A DNA stretch of 51,074 bases, from contig JBCCQY010000053.1 in the NCBI GenBank assembly GCA_039208735.1, forward strand, positions 1 through 51,074, given 5' to 3'. Within the stretch, counting starts at the first letter, position 1, and each line of letters begins with the position of its first letter. The position numbers were made by a program, and so were the translations under genes. Below are positions 1 to 9,299 of the stretch, piece after piece. The DNA comes from Myxococcota bacterium. Lineage in GTDB: Bacteria; Myxococcota_A; UBA796; GCA-2862545. Below the pieces are notes generated by a model that searched no databases, had not been told where the DNA came from, and saw only the letters and a program-made list of their open reading frames with translations.

Positions 1-173
1 CTCTGATCCACCGATGTCACAAAATGTCATGGAGCAAGGATCTGCATAGACAGCGACTCTCATCTATTCAACGATCTGCAACATGCCCGCTCGGCCGATG
101 ATCATCGGTGAGTTTGGGAAGCCGCATTCCCATTTCGGCGCCGCCCAGGGACGCCGGTTATCGGAGCGTGTCG

Positions 174-247
174 GGCCCCGTAGCTCAGTGGATTAGAGCA
201 GTGGTCTTCTAAACCACCGGTCGCAGGTTCGAGCCCTGCCGGGGTCG
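174..247 (+). tRNA. tRNA-Arg(UCU), CCA not encoded
   Basis: Cloverleaf: acceptor GGCCCCG/CGGGGTC, D-arm GCTC/GAGC, anticodon stem GTGGT/ACCAC with loop CTTCTAA (anticodon TCT at 208-210), T-arm GCAGG-TTCGAGC-CCTGC. Confidence 0.97.
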
Positions 248-248
248 T

Positions 249-653
249 TCATTTGGGACGTTCAATACCAAGTCCCTTCGCCGCCCACCGGCCCGTTCCC
301 CCACGCACGTTCGCCGTCGTGAACCCTTCCTTGGCCAACCATTGGGCAGCACGTTGGCTACGACCGCCAGATTGGCACACCAAATACACGGTTCGCCCAT
401 CACGATAGTCCGTCAGCTCGCCGACCCGGGATTGAAGCTGATCGAGTGGAATGTGGATGGATCCAGGAATAAATCCCCGCTCGCGCTCGGGCGCCGTGCG
501 TACATCGACCAAGATGGGCACCTCGCCCGCGTCCAAACGGGTCTTCAACTGATCGATTTCGACCTGTTCGATCGAACGGGTCTCGGTCGATGCTGTGGGG
601 CTCATCCCTGCACAACCCAGCCCAAGCGGTGCAAACCACAACCAAGCCCACAT
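249..653 (-). CDS. Rhodanese-like domain protein, probable lipoprotein
   Basis: LVDVRT..E...G.IPGS.HIPL and active-site loop CQSGGRS; GGAGG RBS before ATG 653; hydrophobic N-terminus ending LGC. Confidence 0.88.
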   Translation of the reverse strand: MWAWLWFAPLGLGCAGMSPTASTETRSIEQVEIDQLKTRLDAGEVPILVDVRTAPERERGFIPGSIHIPLDQLQSRVGELTDYRDGRTVYLVCQSGGRSQRAAQWLAKEGFTTANVRGGTGRWAAKGLGIERPK

Positions 654-664
654 CGCAGCCTCCG

Positions 665-1852
665 TCATTCGGTGGGGGCATCCGTAAAGCGCACGTCGAC
701 CTCCCAGGCAGAGCCCGGTAACGTCGTGAAGGGCAGGTACAGACCGGAGACCACCGTCCGGGCTCTCGTCTGGGCGTCGTCGAGGGCCCCATCCTTGAGG
801 GCTTGCGCCTCGACGCGATCTTGAAGGGCCTTGAGGGCCTGGTTGCGCTGGGCGGTATTGAGCGAGGTCCACCACCCCTGGCGTTCCGTCGCGAACTCCG
901 GCACCATCGTGATCGAAAGGATCGCGGGGGGCGGAAGGGTGACGAGGATGCGCTCCTCTTCGTGCTGCACTTCGACGGAGTAGGACTCGCTCATGGCGAA
1001 CCCCGTCTTGACGATGCCTTGCCCGCGGACCTCGAGACTCGCCACATCCTTCGTTTCGATCGGCCATCCCTTGAAGAGGGTGGATTCGTAGTCGTGACGC
1101 ACCACGGCATCGATCCGCATCTCGGAGGTCGCCAGGTCGAAGATGGTCTCTTTGCTGGTGACCTGAGCATCGGTGACGGCACGATCAATGTCACGCGCAA
1201 GGGCCAACTTCATGAGCCGTTCCGCATAGGGCCCGACGAGTTCTCGGTCCACGAGGCTGCACAGGCCGAGGAGGATCGGAGGCCCGCGCTCGGCATCGGC
1301 CGACAACGTGGCTGCCTCCTGCATCGCATGACAAGCCTCGTCGCGCAGGACCGCCTGAAGATCCTGCGCCCGCGGGACTTGCTCGAGGGCGAGCACGGTG
1401 TCGGGCATGGGGTGGCGGCGTTCGTGGGCGCGGCGCAGGAATGCCCATTGCCGGGCCAACCGCTCTTCCTGACCCCCAAGGAGCCCTTGGCCCATCCGCG
1501 CGGTGGCCTGCGACGGAAGCCCATAGGCGTACGCAACCTGCAAAGCCATCTCACCGTAGAGGTCCGCCATTTCGATGGCGAAGGCCTCCGGCATCGCGGT
1601 GCTCGAAAGGTCCTGCACCACCTCCAACATCGCTTCGGGGTCGGACTTCAAGCCCACGTCCACCCCGGGCTCGCGCTTCAACATCCGCTCGGCGGCCAGT
1701 TCGCCGTAGCCTTCGGCGAACCCATAGCCGTAGCCTCGCTCGTAGCCGTTCTGATCCCCGAACCAGAACCCGACAAGCCCCAACGCAACGAACGCGAGAA
1801 AGCCGAGCGGGCTTAGACATCCCCGCCGCACGGGCCGATACGAATCCGACAT
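665..1852 (-). CDS. Membrane-anchored DUF4230-like protein
   Basis: N-terminal TM segment; C-terminal G.VK.GF...ILVTLPPPAIL...A...A..VV.GLY pattern typical of DUF4230; GGAG RBS before ATG 1852. Confidence 0.65.
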   Translation of the reverse strand: MSDSYRPVRRGCLSPLGFLAFVALGLVGFWFGDQNGYERGYGYGFAEGYGELAAERMLKREPGVDVGLKSDPEAMLEVVQDLSSTAMPEAFAIEMADLYGEMALQVAYAYGLPSQATARMGQGLLGGQEERLARQWAFLRRAHERRHPMPDTVLALEQVPRAQDLQAVLRDEACHAMQEAATLSADAERGPPILLGLCSLVDRELVGPYAERLMKLALARDIDRAVTDAQVTSKETIFDLATSEMRIDAVVRHDYESTLFKGWPIETKDVASLEVRGQGIVKTGFAMSESYSVEVQHEEERILVTLPPPAILSITMVPEFATERQGWWTSLNTAQRNQALKALQDRVEAQALKDGALDDAQTRARTVVSGLYLPFTTLPGSAWEVDVRFTDAPTE

Positions 1853-1892
1853 GACGCTCCCCGAAACGAGAGCATCATGACACGTGGCAAGC

Positions 1893-3296
1893 CTATGCGA
1901 GTCGCTGGGCCGTCGCGGTCTTCGTGATGAGCGCCCATGCGTCGTGGACATGCCGCTCTTCGGTGAGTCGCCCGCCAATCGCCAACCGCAGCACCCGCTG
2001 GCCGCGGACCTTCGTGGCGGTCAGGTAGACCTTGCCCGAAGCGTTCAGGGCGTCGAGTAAGCGGTCATTGGCGGCGTCGTCGCCTTGCAAACGGAAGCAC
2101 ACCAAACCCAAGTGGGGCTCCGCCATGACTTCAAACCTCGGATCCGCCTCGACCCAGGAAGCAAACTGACGACCCCAGGCTACATGCTTCCGAATATGAG
2201 CTTGTAATCCGGCAATGCCGTAACTCCGGAACACCAACCAGAGCTTGAGGGCGCGAAAGCGACGTCCCAAGGGAATCTGCCAGTCCCGATAGTCAATCAC
2301 CGCACCCGCTTCGGTGGCTTGGTTGCGGAGGTACTCGGGCAAAATCGAGAGCGCGTCGATGAGAGGCTTGCGATCGGCCACGAAGAAGCAGTCGCAATCG
2401 AAGTTCGTAAGCAGCCACTTGTGCGGATTGAAGCAGTAACTATCGGCGAACTCGAGGCCTTGATTCACAAAGCGCAGTTCGGGACACACCGCAGCCGACC
2501 CCGCATAGGCGGCGTCCACGTGAAGCCACAGTTGATGCTTCCGAGCCACGGGTCCGATGGCGGCGACATCGTCGATCGCGGTGGTGGACGTCGTGCCCAC
2601 CGATGCACACACGAACGCTGGCCGATGGCCGGCCGCCCGATCCGCCTCGATGGCCTTGGCCAAGGCATCGGCTCGCATGGCGAGGGTTGCGTCGGTGTCG
2701 ACAAGAACCAGCTGATCGTCTCGAAACCCCGCGATCCGGGCCCCCTTCTGAACCGAAGAGTGGGCCTCGGCCGAGGTGTAGAGCCGCATCTGGGACTGAG
2801 CCTCGATGCCGCCCGCACGCTGACGCGCCGCGAGCAAGGCAACCAGCGTCGCTGACGACGCCGTGTCCTGAATCACCCCGCCCCCAGCGCCCTCCGAACG
2901 AAAGGCCTCGGGCAGACCGAGCGCCTCTACGACCCAGTCCATCACGTGGGTTTCAAGCTCAGTGCAAGCCGGTGACGTCACCCAGAGCATGCCTTGAACC
3001 CCGATCCCCGCGGACAGCAGTTCGCCCAGAATCGCGGGTGGCGACGTATTTGAAGGGAAGAACGCAAAGAAGCTTGGATGCTGCCAGTGGGTGGTCCCGG
3101 GCAGGATGATGTTGTCGAGATCGTTCAGGACCGCCTCGAAGGGCTCCGGCTGCTCGGGCGGTGAAGGCGGCAAACGGTCCCGCACCGCACCGGGCTCCAG
3201 CGCGGACTGCACAGGATGTTCCTCGATCGTCTCGAGGTAGCGAGCGATCCAGTCCACGGCGGCGTAGCCAGCCTTACGAAAATCGTCAGGGGTCAT
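1893..3296 (-). CDS. Aromatic-L-amino-acid decarboxylase (group II PLP decarboxylase)
   Basis: THWQHPSFFAFFP, SPACTELE, WLHVDAAYAG, NPHKW (PLP Lys), YRDWQIPLGRRFRALKLW; ATGA overlap with upstream gene. Confidence 0.95.
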   Translation of the reverse strand: MTPDDFRKAGYAAVDWIARYLETIEEHPVQSALEPGAVRDRLPPSPPEQPEPFEAVLNDLDNIILPGTTHWQHPSFFAFFPSNTSPPAILGELLSAGIGVQGMLWVTSPACTELETHVMDWVVEALGLPEAFRSEGAGGGVIQDTASSATLVALLAARQRAGGIEAQSQMRLYTSAEAHSSVQKGARIAGFRDDQLVLVDTDATLAMRADALAKAIEADRAAGHRPAFVCASVGTTSTTAIDDVAAIGPVARKHQLWLHVDAAYAGSAAVCPELRFVNQGLEFADSYCFNPHKWLLTNFDCDCFFVADRKPLIDALSILPEYLRNQATEAGAVIDYRDWQIPLGRRFRALKLWLVFRSYGIAGLQAHIRKHVAWGRQFASWVEADPRFEVMAEPHLGLVCFRLQGDDAANDRLLDALNASGKVYLTATKVRGQRVLRLAIGGRLTEERHVHDAWALITKTATAQRLA

Positions 3297-4432
3297 GGGG
3301 TCCTTCGGTTCCGCCAGCGGACTGCACAATGCTCGAACGGCAGCGCCGGCGATGGCTCTGAAATGACGGCGTGCGCAATGTGTTCACCAATCCCATCGCT
3401 CGCCATTGCCCCCCAACCGTGGCCCCCAATGCCGATGAAGCATCCAGGAGCAACCTCACCGATCATGGGGTGGGCATGGGGAGTCCGGGTGAGAATGCAC
3501 CGCGACGTCCGAGCCCCCGAAAACGATCGATCGGGAAACACCGTCCGGGCGGCATCGAGCAACGCAGGGCGTTGGATTTCGCTATCGCCGTGCCGAAACC
3601 AAGCGTCGACCTCGTGGACTTCGGTGAAGCGTTGGTCGAGATCCAGGTCGCAACCGAGCTTCAGAACCCACTGTCCATCCGCGAACCGCAAGGGAGGCAC
3701 CACGTAAGGACTTGACCACCCCGGGCCCTGACCATCCCACAATAGCGTCGGCACCTCGGAAAACGACCGAGCGGTGCCTTCATCAACGGGGATGAGCAAC
3801 GTCGTCTCGGTTTCGAGGACCACGTCGAGCGGCTCGTCGAGCCACGCATTGGCGTAAGCCCCGGTGCAAAGCACCACCTTGGGAGTACGAAGCGCTTCGC
3901 CGTTTGCCAGTCTCAGCCGATGGACCCCGTCGCGATGGGTCCGTTCGACCAACGTCGTGACGTGCCGGGTTCCCCCCGCCAACCGAAGGGCCTCGTGTTG
4001 GGCTTTCAGCAATGTGGGAACAAGCAAAATGCCCGCCGGTGGGCCTTCGAGGCCGAACCGCACCGCCCCGGGTAAGGCGTAGGGCCAGGCCCGGGCTATC
4101 GAGGCTTCCACCTCGAGTTCGGGAGCGGCGGCAAACCAAGCGTGGTCCGGCATGTTGGAGGCGAACAGGCACCCCACGGGCCGACGAACCGGGTACCCCA
4201 CCTGTGCTTCGAGTTCCTCAAGGTTGGCAAGACTGCAGACATTGAGGAGCGTCCAGGTGCTCACCCGGTCGATGCGCCGGCACACCCGTCCCTGGTCGTG
4301 ATGGCTCGAGTGAACGACATCGGTCTGTCCAAAGCCTGGGCCGACGAGGGCCGTTTGGAGGCCACGTTGGGCGAGATGACGGGCGGTGGCGCTCCCCAGC
4401 GGTCCCGCTCCCACCACCACCACATCGACCAT
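3293..4432 (-). CDS. FAD-dependent oxidoreductase, DAO/sarcosine-oxidase family
   Basis: VVVVGAGPLGSATARHL Rossmann motif, SSHHDQGR, VLCTGAY, C-terminal GGHGWGAMASDGIG. Confidence 0.85.
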   Translation of the reverse strand: MVDVVVVGAGPLGSATARHLAQRGLQTALVGPGFGQTDVVHSSHHDQGRVCRRIDRVSTWTLLNVCSLANLEELEAQVGYPVRRPVGCLFASNMPDHAWFAAAPELEVEASIARAWPYALPGAVRFGLEGPPAGILLVPTLLKAQHEALRLAGGTRHVTTLVERTHRDGVHRLRLANGEALRTPKVVLCTGAYANAWLDEPLDVVLETETTLLIPVDEGTARSFSEVPTLLWDGQGPGWSSPYVVPPLRFADGQWVLKLGCDLDLDQRFTEVHEVDAWFRHGDSEIQRPALLDAARTVFPDRSFSGARTSRCILTRTPHAHPMIGEVAPGCFIGIGGHGWGAMASDGIGEHIAHAVISEPSPALPFEHCAVRWRNRRTP

Positions 4433-5574
4433 CAAGACCCCGCCCGCGACAACGCCTGTTCGAGGTCAGCGATCAAATCGTCCGCATCTTCGATGCCCAC
4501 CGACAACCGAAAGAGGGTGTCGCTGATTCCGATCCGACGTCGTTCATGAGGATCGATCCCCACATGCGAACTCTGCGCAGGTCGAACGATCAATGACTCG
4601 ACCGCCCCGAGGCTCGCGGCATGAATCCACAACTCCAGACCCTCGACCAATCGATCGGCCACGGCTGGATGGACCAAATCGAAGGCGATCATGCCCCCAA
4701 AGTGCTCAAAGAAGGTTCGCGCCCGGGCGTGGTTCGGGTCGTCGGGGAGCCCGGGGTAGCGGACATGGGACACCGCAGGGTGTCGCTGCAACGCCGCGGC
4801 AATGCGGCCCGCGGTCGTGGCCTGGCGGGGAACCCGCAGCGCAAGCGTCTTCAGCCCTCGATCGAGAAGGAACGCGGCGTGGGCATCGATCGATGGGCCC
4901 AGATGATTCTGGAGCGTCAATGCCCGGTTGATTCGCGCCTGGGAGCCTGCAATGACCCCGGCGATTAAGTCAGAATGGCCATTGAGGTACTTCGTCGCCG
5001 AGTGCACCACGAGGTCGAAGCCGAACGGCACCGGGCGGAACCCCACGGGGGAAACGAAGGTGGCGTCGATGATGCTTACCAAGCCACGCTCCCGGCAGGT
5101 GTCCACGACGGCCTGCAGATCGGGAACCTCCAACAACGGATTGCTGATGGCCTCGACGTAGATCGCGCGCGTCTTGGGACGGAGTTGGTCGGTGAGGGGC
5201 TGGTCGTCGCGAAACGCGCTGGACGCGATGCCCAAGCCGCGCAAATCGTCGAGCAAGGCCACCGTTCCCCCATAGAGGTTCGCTGGCACAAGCACGTGGT
5301 CACCAGGCGCGAGCACCGACAGCAATGCGACGCTGATCGCTGCCATTCCGCTCGCCACCGGCAAGGCCGCCTCGGCATCTTCAAGCCGCGCAAGGGTACG
5401 GGCCAACCCTCGCTGTTGTGGCGTGTTGGACAAGCGCGCGTAGCGGACATCGTCGTACGTCGACGCGTCGCCCTGCAGGTAGTTGGCCGACACGAAGATG
5501 GGGTCGACGACCGAGCCATCGACACGGGGGCCCGGACGATGCACCGCAAGCGTCGCAAGCGAGATGTCCTTCAC
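4432..5574 (-). CDS. Cys/Met metabolism PLP-dependent enzyme (cystathionine gamma-lyase/synthase family)
   Basis: YARLSNTP, SGMAAI, YGGT, EAISNP, DATF, HSATKYLNGHSD (PLP Lys), SLGAVESL, RLSVGIED; GTG start overlapping the DUF72 stop. Confidence 0.93.
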   Translation of the reverse strand: MKDISLATLAVHRPGPRVDGSVVDPIFVSANYLQGDASTYDDVRYARLSNTPQQRGLARTLARLEDAEAALPVASGMAAISVALLSVLAPGDHVLVPANLYGGTVALLDDLRGLGIASSAFRDDQPLTDQLRPKTRAIYVEAISNPLLEVPDLQAVVDTCRERGLVSIIDATFVSPVGFRPVPFGFDLVVHSATKYLNGHSDLIAGVIAGSQARINRALTLQNHLGPSIDAHAAFLLDRGLKTLALRVPRQATTAGRIAAALQRHPAVSHVRYPGLPDDPNHARARTFFEHFGGMIAFDLVHPAVADRLVEGLELWIHAASLGAVESLIVRPAQSSHVGIDPHERRRIGISDTLFRLSVGIEDADDLIADLEQALSRAGS

Positions 5575-6530
5575 GAAAGCTCCTCGAGGCGTCGTGCGAC
5601 GCGCACCAAGGTCAGGGGAGCGCTCCCTTCCGCCTTGTTGTTGGCGATCAACCAGGCTGGGCGCTCTCGATCGGCCGCCCAATGCAAAGCCCGGGCGAGT
5701 TGATCGACGCGTCCATCATCGGGCTGCACGATGCGATCAAAAGGTTCGAACGCAGACTTCGCTTGTTCGTAGGCCATGGTGGGCACAAGGTTCCACCGGA
5801 CCACCAAGGCGGATTGCTCTGCAATCCGAGCCGTGCGCCACTGGGCACGCAGGTCCGGAAGGCCGGGGTGAACCGTCAGACAGTGGAGCGCCCCGCATTC
5901 GACCAAGACTCTGCCATAGGCCTCGGTGAGTTGGTCTTTCGAACGGATCTCGACCGCGTAGCGGGGCCCTGGGGGTAACGTACGAAGGAAGGCCCGCAAG
6001 GGCTCTGCGATGCAGCCCAGTCCGCGCTGCGGGGGGATTTGAAACACCACCGGACCCGCATGCGGTCCAAGCCCCTGTACCAAAGGGTGCACCAAGCATT
6101 CCCTCGCCCAACCCGCATCGAGGAAGTGCGGATTGTCGGCATTCCGTTCCACCCCGTACTTCGCCTGGTTGGGGAACCGGCGCCAGGTGAGGCGTTCGGG
6201 AGCCTTGACGAGAAAGGTAAACCCTGGCTCCACCTCGGAGACCTGTGCCGCCCATGACGCGTACTGCGCCTCGTCGACCGGCGCCCAGAACGTACGGTCG
6301 ATGCCCACCGTTCGAAACAAGGGGTGGCCCGCGTAGATCGGCAGCCCATCCTGGACCAAGGTGGGCTTGGGGAGCTTCCGGTCCCACACCAGGCCCGCCC
6401 AACCCGGAAACGACCAGGTCGAGGTACCCAGTGAAACGCCAGGGGGCAGGCGTTGACCAAGGGCGCGGACCTCGGCCGTAGGCTCTGCGGCGCGAACGGT
6501 CGTCGTAGAAGCGAACAACTCCGGCTGCAT
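5571..6530 (-). CDS. DUF72 domain protein
   Basis: LGTSTWSFPGW, TVGIDRTFW, FLVKAP, VFQIPP, AVEIR, NNKAEGSAP motifs. Confidence 0.9.
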   Translation of the reverse strand: MQPELFASTTTVRAAEPTAEVRALGQRLPPGVSLGTSTWSFPGWAGLVWDRKLPKPTLVQDGLPIYAGHPLFRTVGIDRTFWAPVDEAQYASWAAQVSEVEPGFTFLVKAPERLTWRRFPNQAKYGVERNADNPHFLDAGWARECLVHPLVQGLGPHAGPVVFQIPPQRGLGCIAEPLRAFLRTLPPGPRYAVEIRSKDQLTEAYGRVLVECGALHCLTVHPGLPDLRAQWRTARIAEQSALVVRWNLVPTMAYEQAKSAFEPFDRIVQPDDGRVDQLARALHWAADRERPAWLIANNKAEGSAPLTLVRVARRLEELS

Positions 6531-6573
6531 CGCGCGGCCATAACAACCCGGGCTAAAGGACAGGGGAGGCTCC

Positions 6574-8316
6574 GTGGCCAATCGCAACGCCGAAGTGCTC
6601 GACTTTCTTCGGGAACTCGCTCAACTCACGGTACTCGCTGAACAAAACCCGCAGTCTTTCCGGTCTCGGTCGTACGATAGGGCCCGGCATGCGCTCGAGG
6701 GCGTGACCGAAGACCTGTCGGAGTTGTCGGAATCTGCGCTGCAGAAGATCGACGGTATCGGCAAATCCACGGCGAAGAAGATCCGCGAATACTTCGACAA
6801 GGGGTCGGTCGAGAAGCTCGAGAAGCTCCGGGAACGATTCCCCCCCTCGGTCATCGAGCTGTCGCGCATTCCCGGCATTGGTCCGAAAACGCTCAACCGC
6901 ATGCGTCAAGACCTTGGCATCGAGGACCTCGATGGGTTGAAGCGGGCGATCGACGCAGACCAGCTTCAAACCATCGAAGGGTTGGGCGCCAAGTCGCAGC
7001 AGAAGATCGCCCAAGCCATCGACCGGCTCGGGCTCAAGCACGGGGAGAAGCGCACGCCGCTGTACCGTGCGATGCGGGTCGCCGACCAGCTGGTGGCCGA
7101 GCTGCTCGAGCGCCGCGATGTGATCGATGCCGTACCGTGCGGCAGCCTGCGGCGGCACCGCGAAACGGTAGGCGACCTCGACATCGTCGTGGCCTCGCAC
7201 GATGCGGGGCCCATCATGGACTGGTTCGCCGAGCACCCCTTGGCGAAGGACGTGGTGGCCAAGGGCGAGACTAAGACGTCGATCGTGACCCGGTACGGCT
7301 TGCAGGTCGACCTGCGAGTCGTCACCAAGGATCAGTTGGGTGCCGCCGTGATGTACTTCACGGGCAGCAAGGACCACAACATCCGGCTCCGTCAACGCGC
7401 GATGCAAAAGGGATGGACGCTCAACGAGTACGCCCTGACCGATGCAACCTCGGGAGAGGTGATCGCGTCAAAGGACGAAACCTCCATCTACCAAGCCCTC
7501 GACTTGCCCTACATCGAACCCCCAATGCGGGAGGACACGGGCGAAATCGAAGCTGCGGCCCAAGGAGCACTCCCCGAACCGCTGCAGGCGGAAGACCTGC
7601 TCGGCGACCTTCATGTCCACACGGATCGCTCGGGCGATGGTCGGTCGTCGCTGCTCGAAATGGTGACCGAGGCCTCCAACCGCGGCTACACCTACCTGGC
7701 CATCACTGACCACGCCGAGAACCTCCCTCTCATCGGGGTAAGTCGCGAAGAGCTCGAGCGGCAAGCCGACGAAATGGAGGCCCTCGCTGAGCAGTTTCCC
7801 AATGTCAGGCTCCTGCGCGGTTTTGAACTAAACATCGACCGAGATGGGGGGCTCGACTATGACGAAGAGTTCCGAGCCGGGCTCGATTGGTGCATCGCGG
7901 CGGTTCATTCCCACTACGACCTGCCCCAGGCCAAGCAAACCGACCGCATCATCCAGGCGATTTCTGACCCTTCGGTGCGCGTCATTGGTCATTTGACGGG
8001 ACGCATGATCGGCGCCCGGCCCGGCATCGATATCGACATCGATGCCGTGCTCGACGCGCTTGTCGACACGGGTGTCGCCCTCGAAATCAACTGCGCACTG
8101 CCTCGCATGGATGCTGCGGCGCCCGTGTTGCGTCGGGCAGGCGCCAAGGGCGTCACCTTCGTGGTGAGCACCGATAGCCACCATTTTCGCGAAATGGGCA
8201 AGCGGGCCCCGTATGGAGCCCGCCAAGCGCAACGCGGCTGGGTCGACAAGCAGCAAATCGCCAACACATGGTCGCAAGACCGCTTTCTTGGTTGGCTTTC
8301 GAAGCAGCGGGCCTGA
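6574..8316 (+). CDS. polX: DNA polymerase X family with C-terminal PHP domain
   Basis: HhH motifs (GIGKS, PGIGPK), GSLRR, GDLD and QVDLR catalytic Asp, YFTGSK.HN, LNEY; PHP motifs DLHVHT, ITDH, GHLTGR, TDSHH; GGAGG RBS. Confidence 0.96.
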   Translation: MANRNAEVLDFLRELAQLTVLAEQNPQSFRSRSYDRARHALEGVTEDLSELSESALQKIDGIGKSTAKKIREYFDKGSVEKLEKLRERFPPSVIELSRIPGIGPKTLNRMRQDLGIEDLDGLKRAIDADQLQTIEGLGAKSQQKIAQAIDRLGLKHGEKRTPLYRAMRVADQLVAELLERRDVIDAVPCGSLRRHRETVGDLDIVVASHDAGPIMDWFAEHPLAKDVVAKGETKTSIVTRYGLQVDLRVVTKDQLGAAVMYFTGSKDHNIRLRQRAMQKGWTLNEYALTDATSGEVIASKDETSIYQALDLPYIEPPMREDTGEIEAAAQGALPEPLQAEDLLGDLHVHTDRSGDGRSSLLEMVTEASNRGYTYLAITDHAENLPLIGVSREELERQADEMEALAEQFPNVRLLRGFELNIDRDGGLDYDEEFRAGLDWCIAAVHSHYDLPQAKQTDRIIQAISDPSVRVIGHLTGRMIGARPGIDIDIDAVLDALVDTGVALEINCALPRMDAAAPVLRRAGAKGVTFVVSTDSHHFREMGKRAPYGARQAQRGWVDKQQIANTWSQDRFLGWLSKQRA

Positions 8317-9201
8317 TTACTCGACCGGCGCGCCATCCTTCAAGTTGTCGAGGTTGAGCAGCGGGAAGTCCTGATACCAATACGCGCGCGACTGTATGTA
8401 GGCGGAGTTGAGCCAGCCCCCTTCGGTGTCCGCGGGAATCGGTGTGAGGAAGTTCTCGCTATCGACCTCAGGCACACCCGAATCGGGGTCCCAGAAGAAC
8501 GTCCGCGCACGCGTCCAGTCTTCAGCGATGAATGCACCCGACTTGTCGTTGATCGCGATGTACATCGTAAAAAACGATTCGCGCTCGTCTTCTTCGAGCT
8601 CGTCATAGTCGGAGACCGAGTCGATGAGGTAGTCGGTGAAGGGACCAAAGCCGATCGCCACGTGTGCGCCGAGGAACTTGTCGATGAGGTCCTGACCATC
8701 AACACCCCAGACCTTCGGGTCGAGATAGCCATCGCCATCGATGATGGGATCGCCGCAGCTCGAGCCCCACTGATAGGGGTCACTCGGGAAGGCGAAATCG
8801 TAGGTCTGCCAAAGGATCGCCTGGCTGCCGTCGCCCCGCGACCGATTCTTGATCTGGAGCTGGGTGGGAAGTGGCGTGAGTGTGGCCACGAGGGAACAGG
8901 AGTTGAGGTCTTGCGTTAGTTCATCAGCTGCGGAAAAGAATACCTCAGACGCAAAGGTAAGCGTCAATAGAGGGGGAGTTGGGTCCGAATTCTCGTTAAG
9001 TCGGAACTCGAGCCACTGACCGAGCGGGCCGAGCCCACCTTGGTATTCGAACCCAACTGCGACAGGCTCAAACAGGCCATCCTCTTCGGGCGGGCCCTCA
9101 CCGGAATCACCGATGGGGAAAATCGGCGCCCGATCGGTATCTACGGGTTCGGTGTCGCTCGTGCAGGCAACCAGTGCCAGCAAGCCCAACGTCAAGGTCA
9201 T
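8317..9201 (-). CDS. Hypothetical acidic lipoprotein
   Basis: Lipobox-like MTLTLGLLALVAC; protein-like composition; stop abuts the polX stop. Confidence 0.7.
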   Translation of the reverse strand: MTLTLGLLALVACTSDTEPVDTDRAPIFPIGDSGEGPPEEDGLFEPVAVGFEYQGGLGPLGQWLEFRLNENSDPTPPLLTLTFASEVFFSAADELTQDLNSCSLVATLTPLPTQLQIKNRSRGDGSQAILWQTYDFAFPSDPYQWGSSCGDPIIDGDGYLDPKVWGVDGQDLIDKFLGAHVAIGFGPFTDYLIDSVSDYDELEEDERESFFTMYIAINDKSGAFIAEDWTRARTFFWDPDSGVPEVDSENFLTPIPADTEGGWLNSAYIQSRAYWYQDFPLLNLDNLKDGAPVE

Positions 9202-9299
9202 GTTCCACGTCTCCTGGCCGTACCGCCCCGAGGTGTACCATGCACCGACGTTCGTTCATAGCAAATTGGCGACGAACGTGAAACGAACTCGCCTTCCCG

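Noticed and set aside
1..173. Lower-GC stretch with short repeats (gatctgca twice) as a possible island end or att site
   Set aside because: Lies 5' of the tRNA, no tRNA 3'-end duplication was noticed in the window, and there is no integrase; too short to interpret
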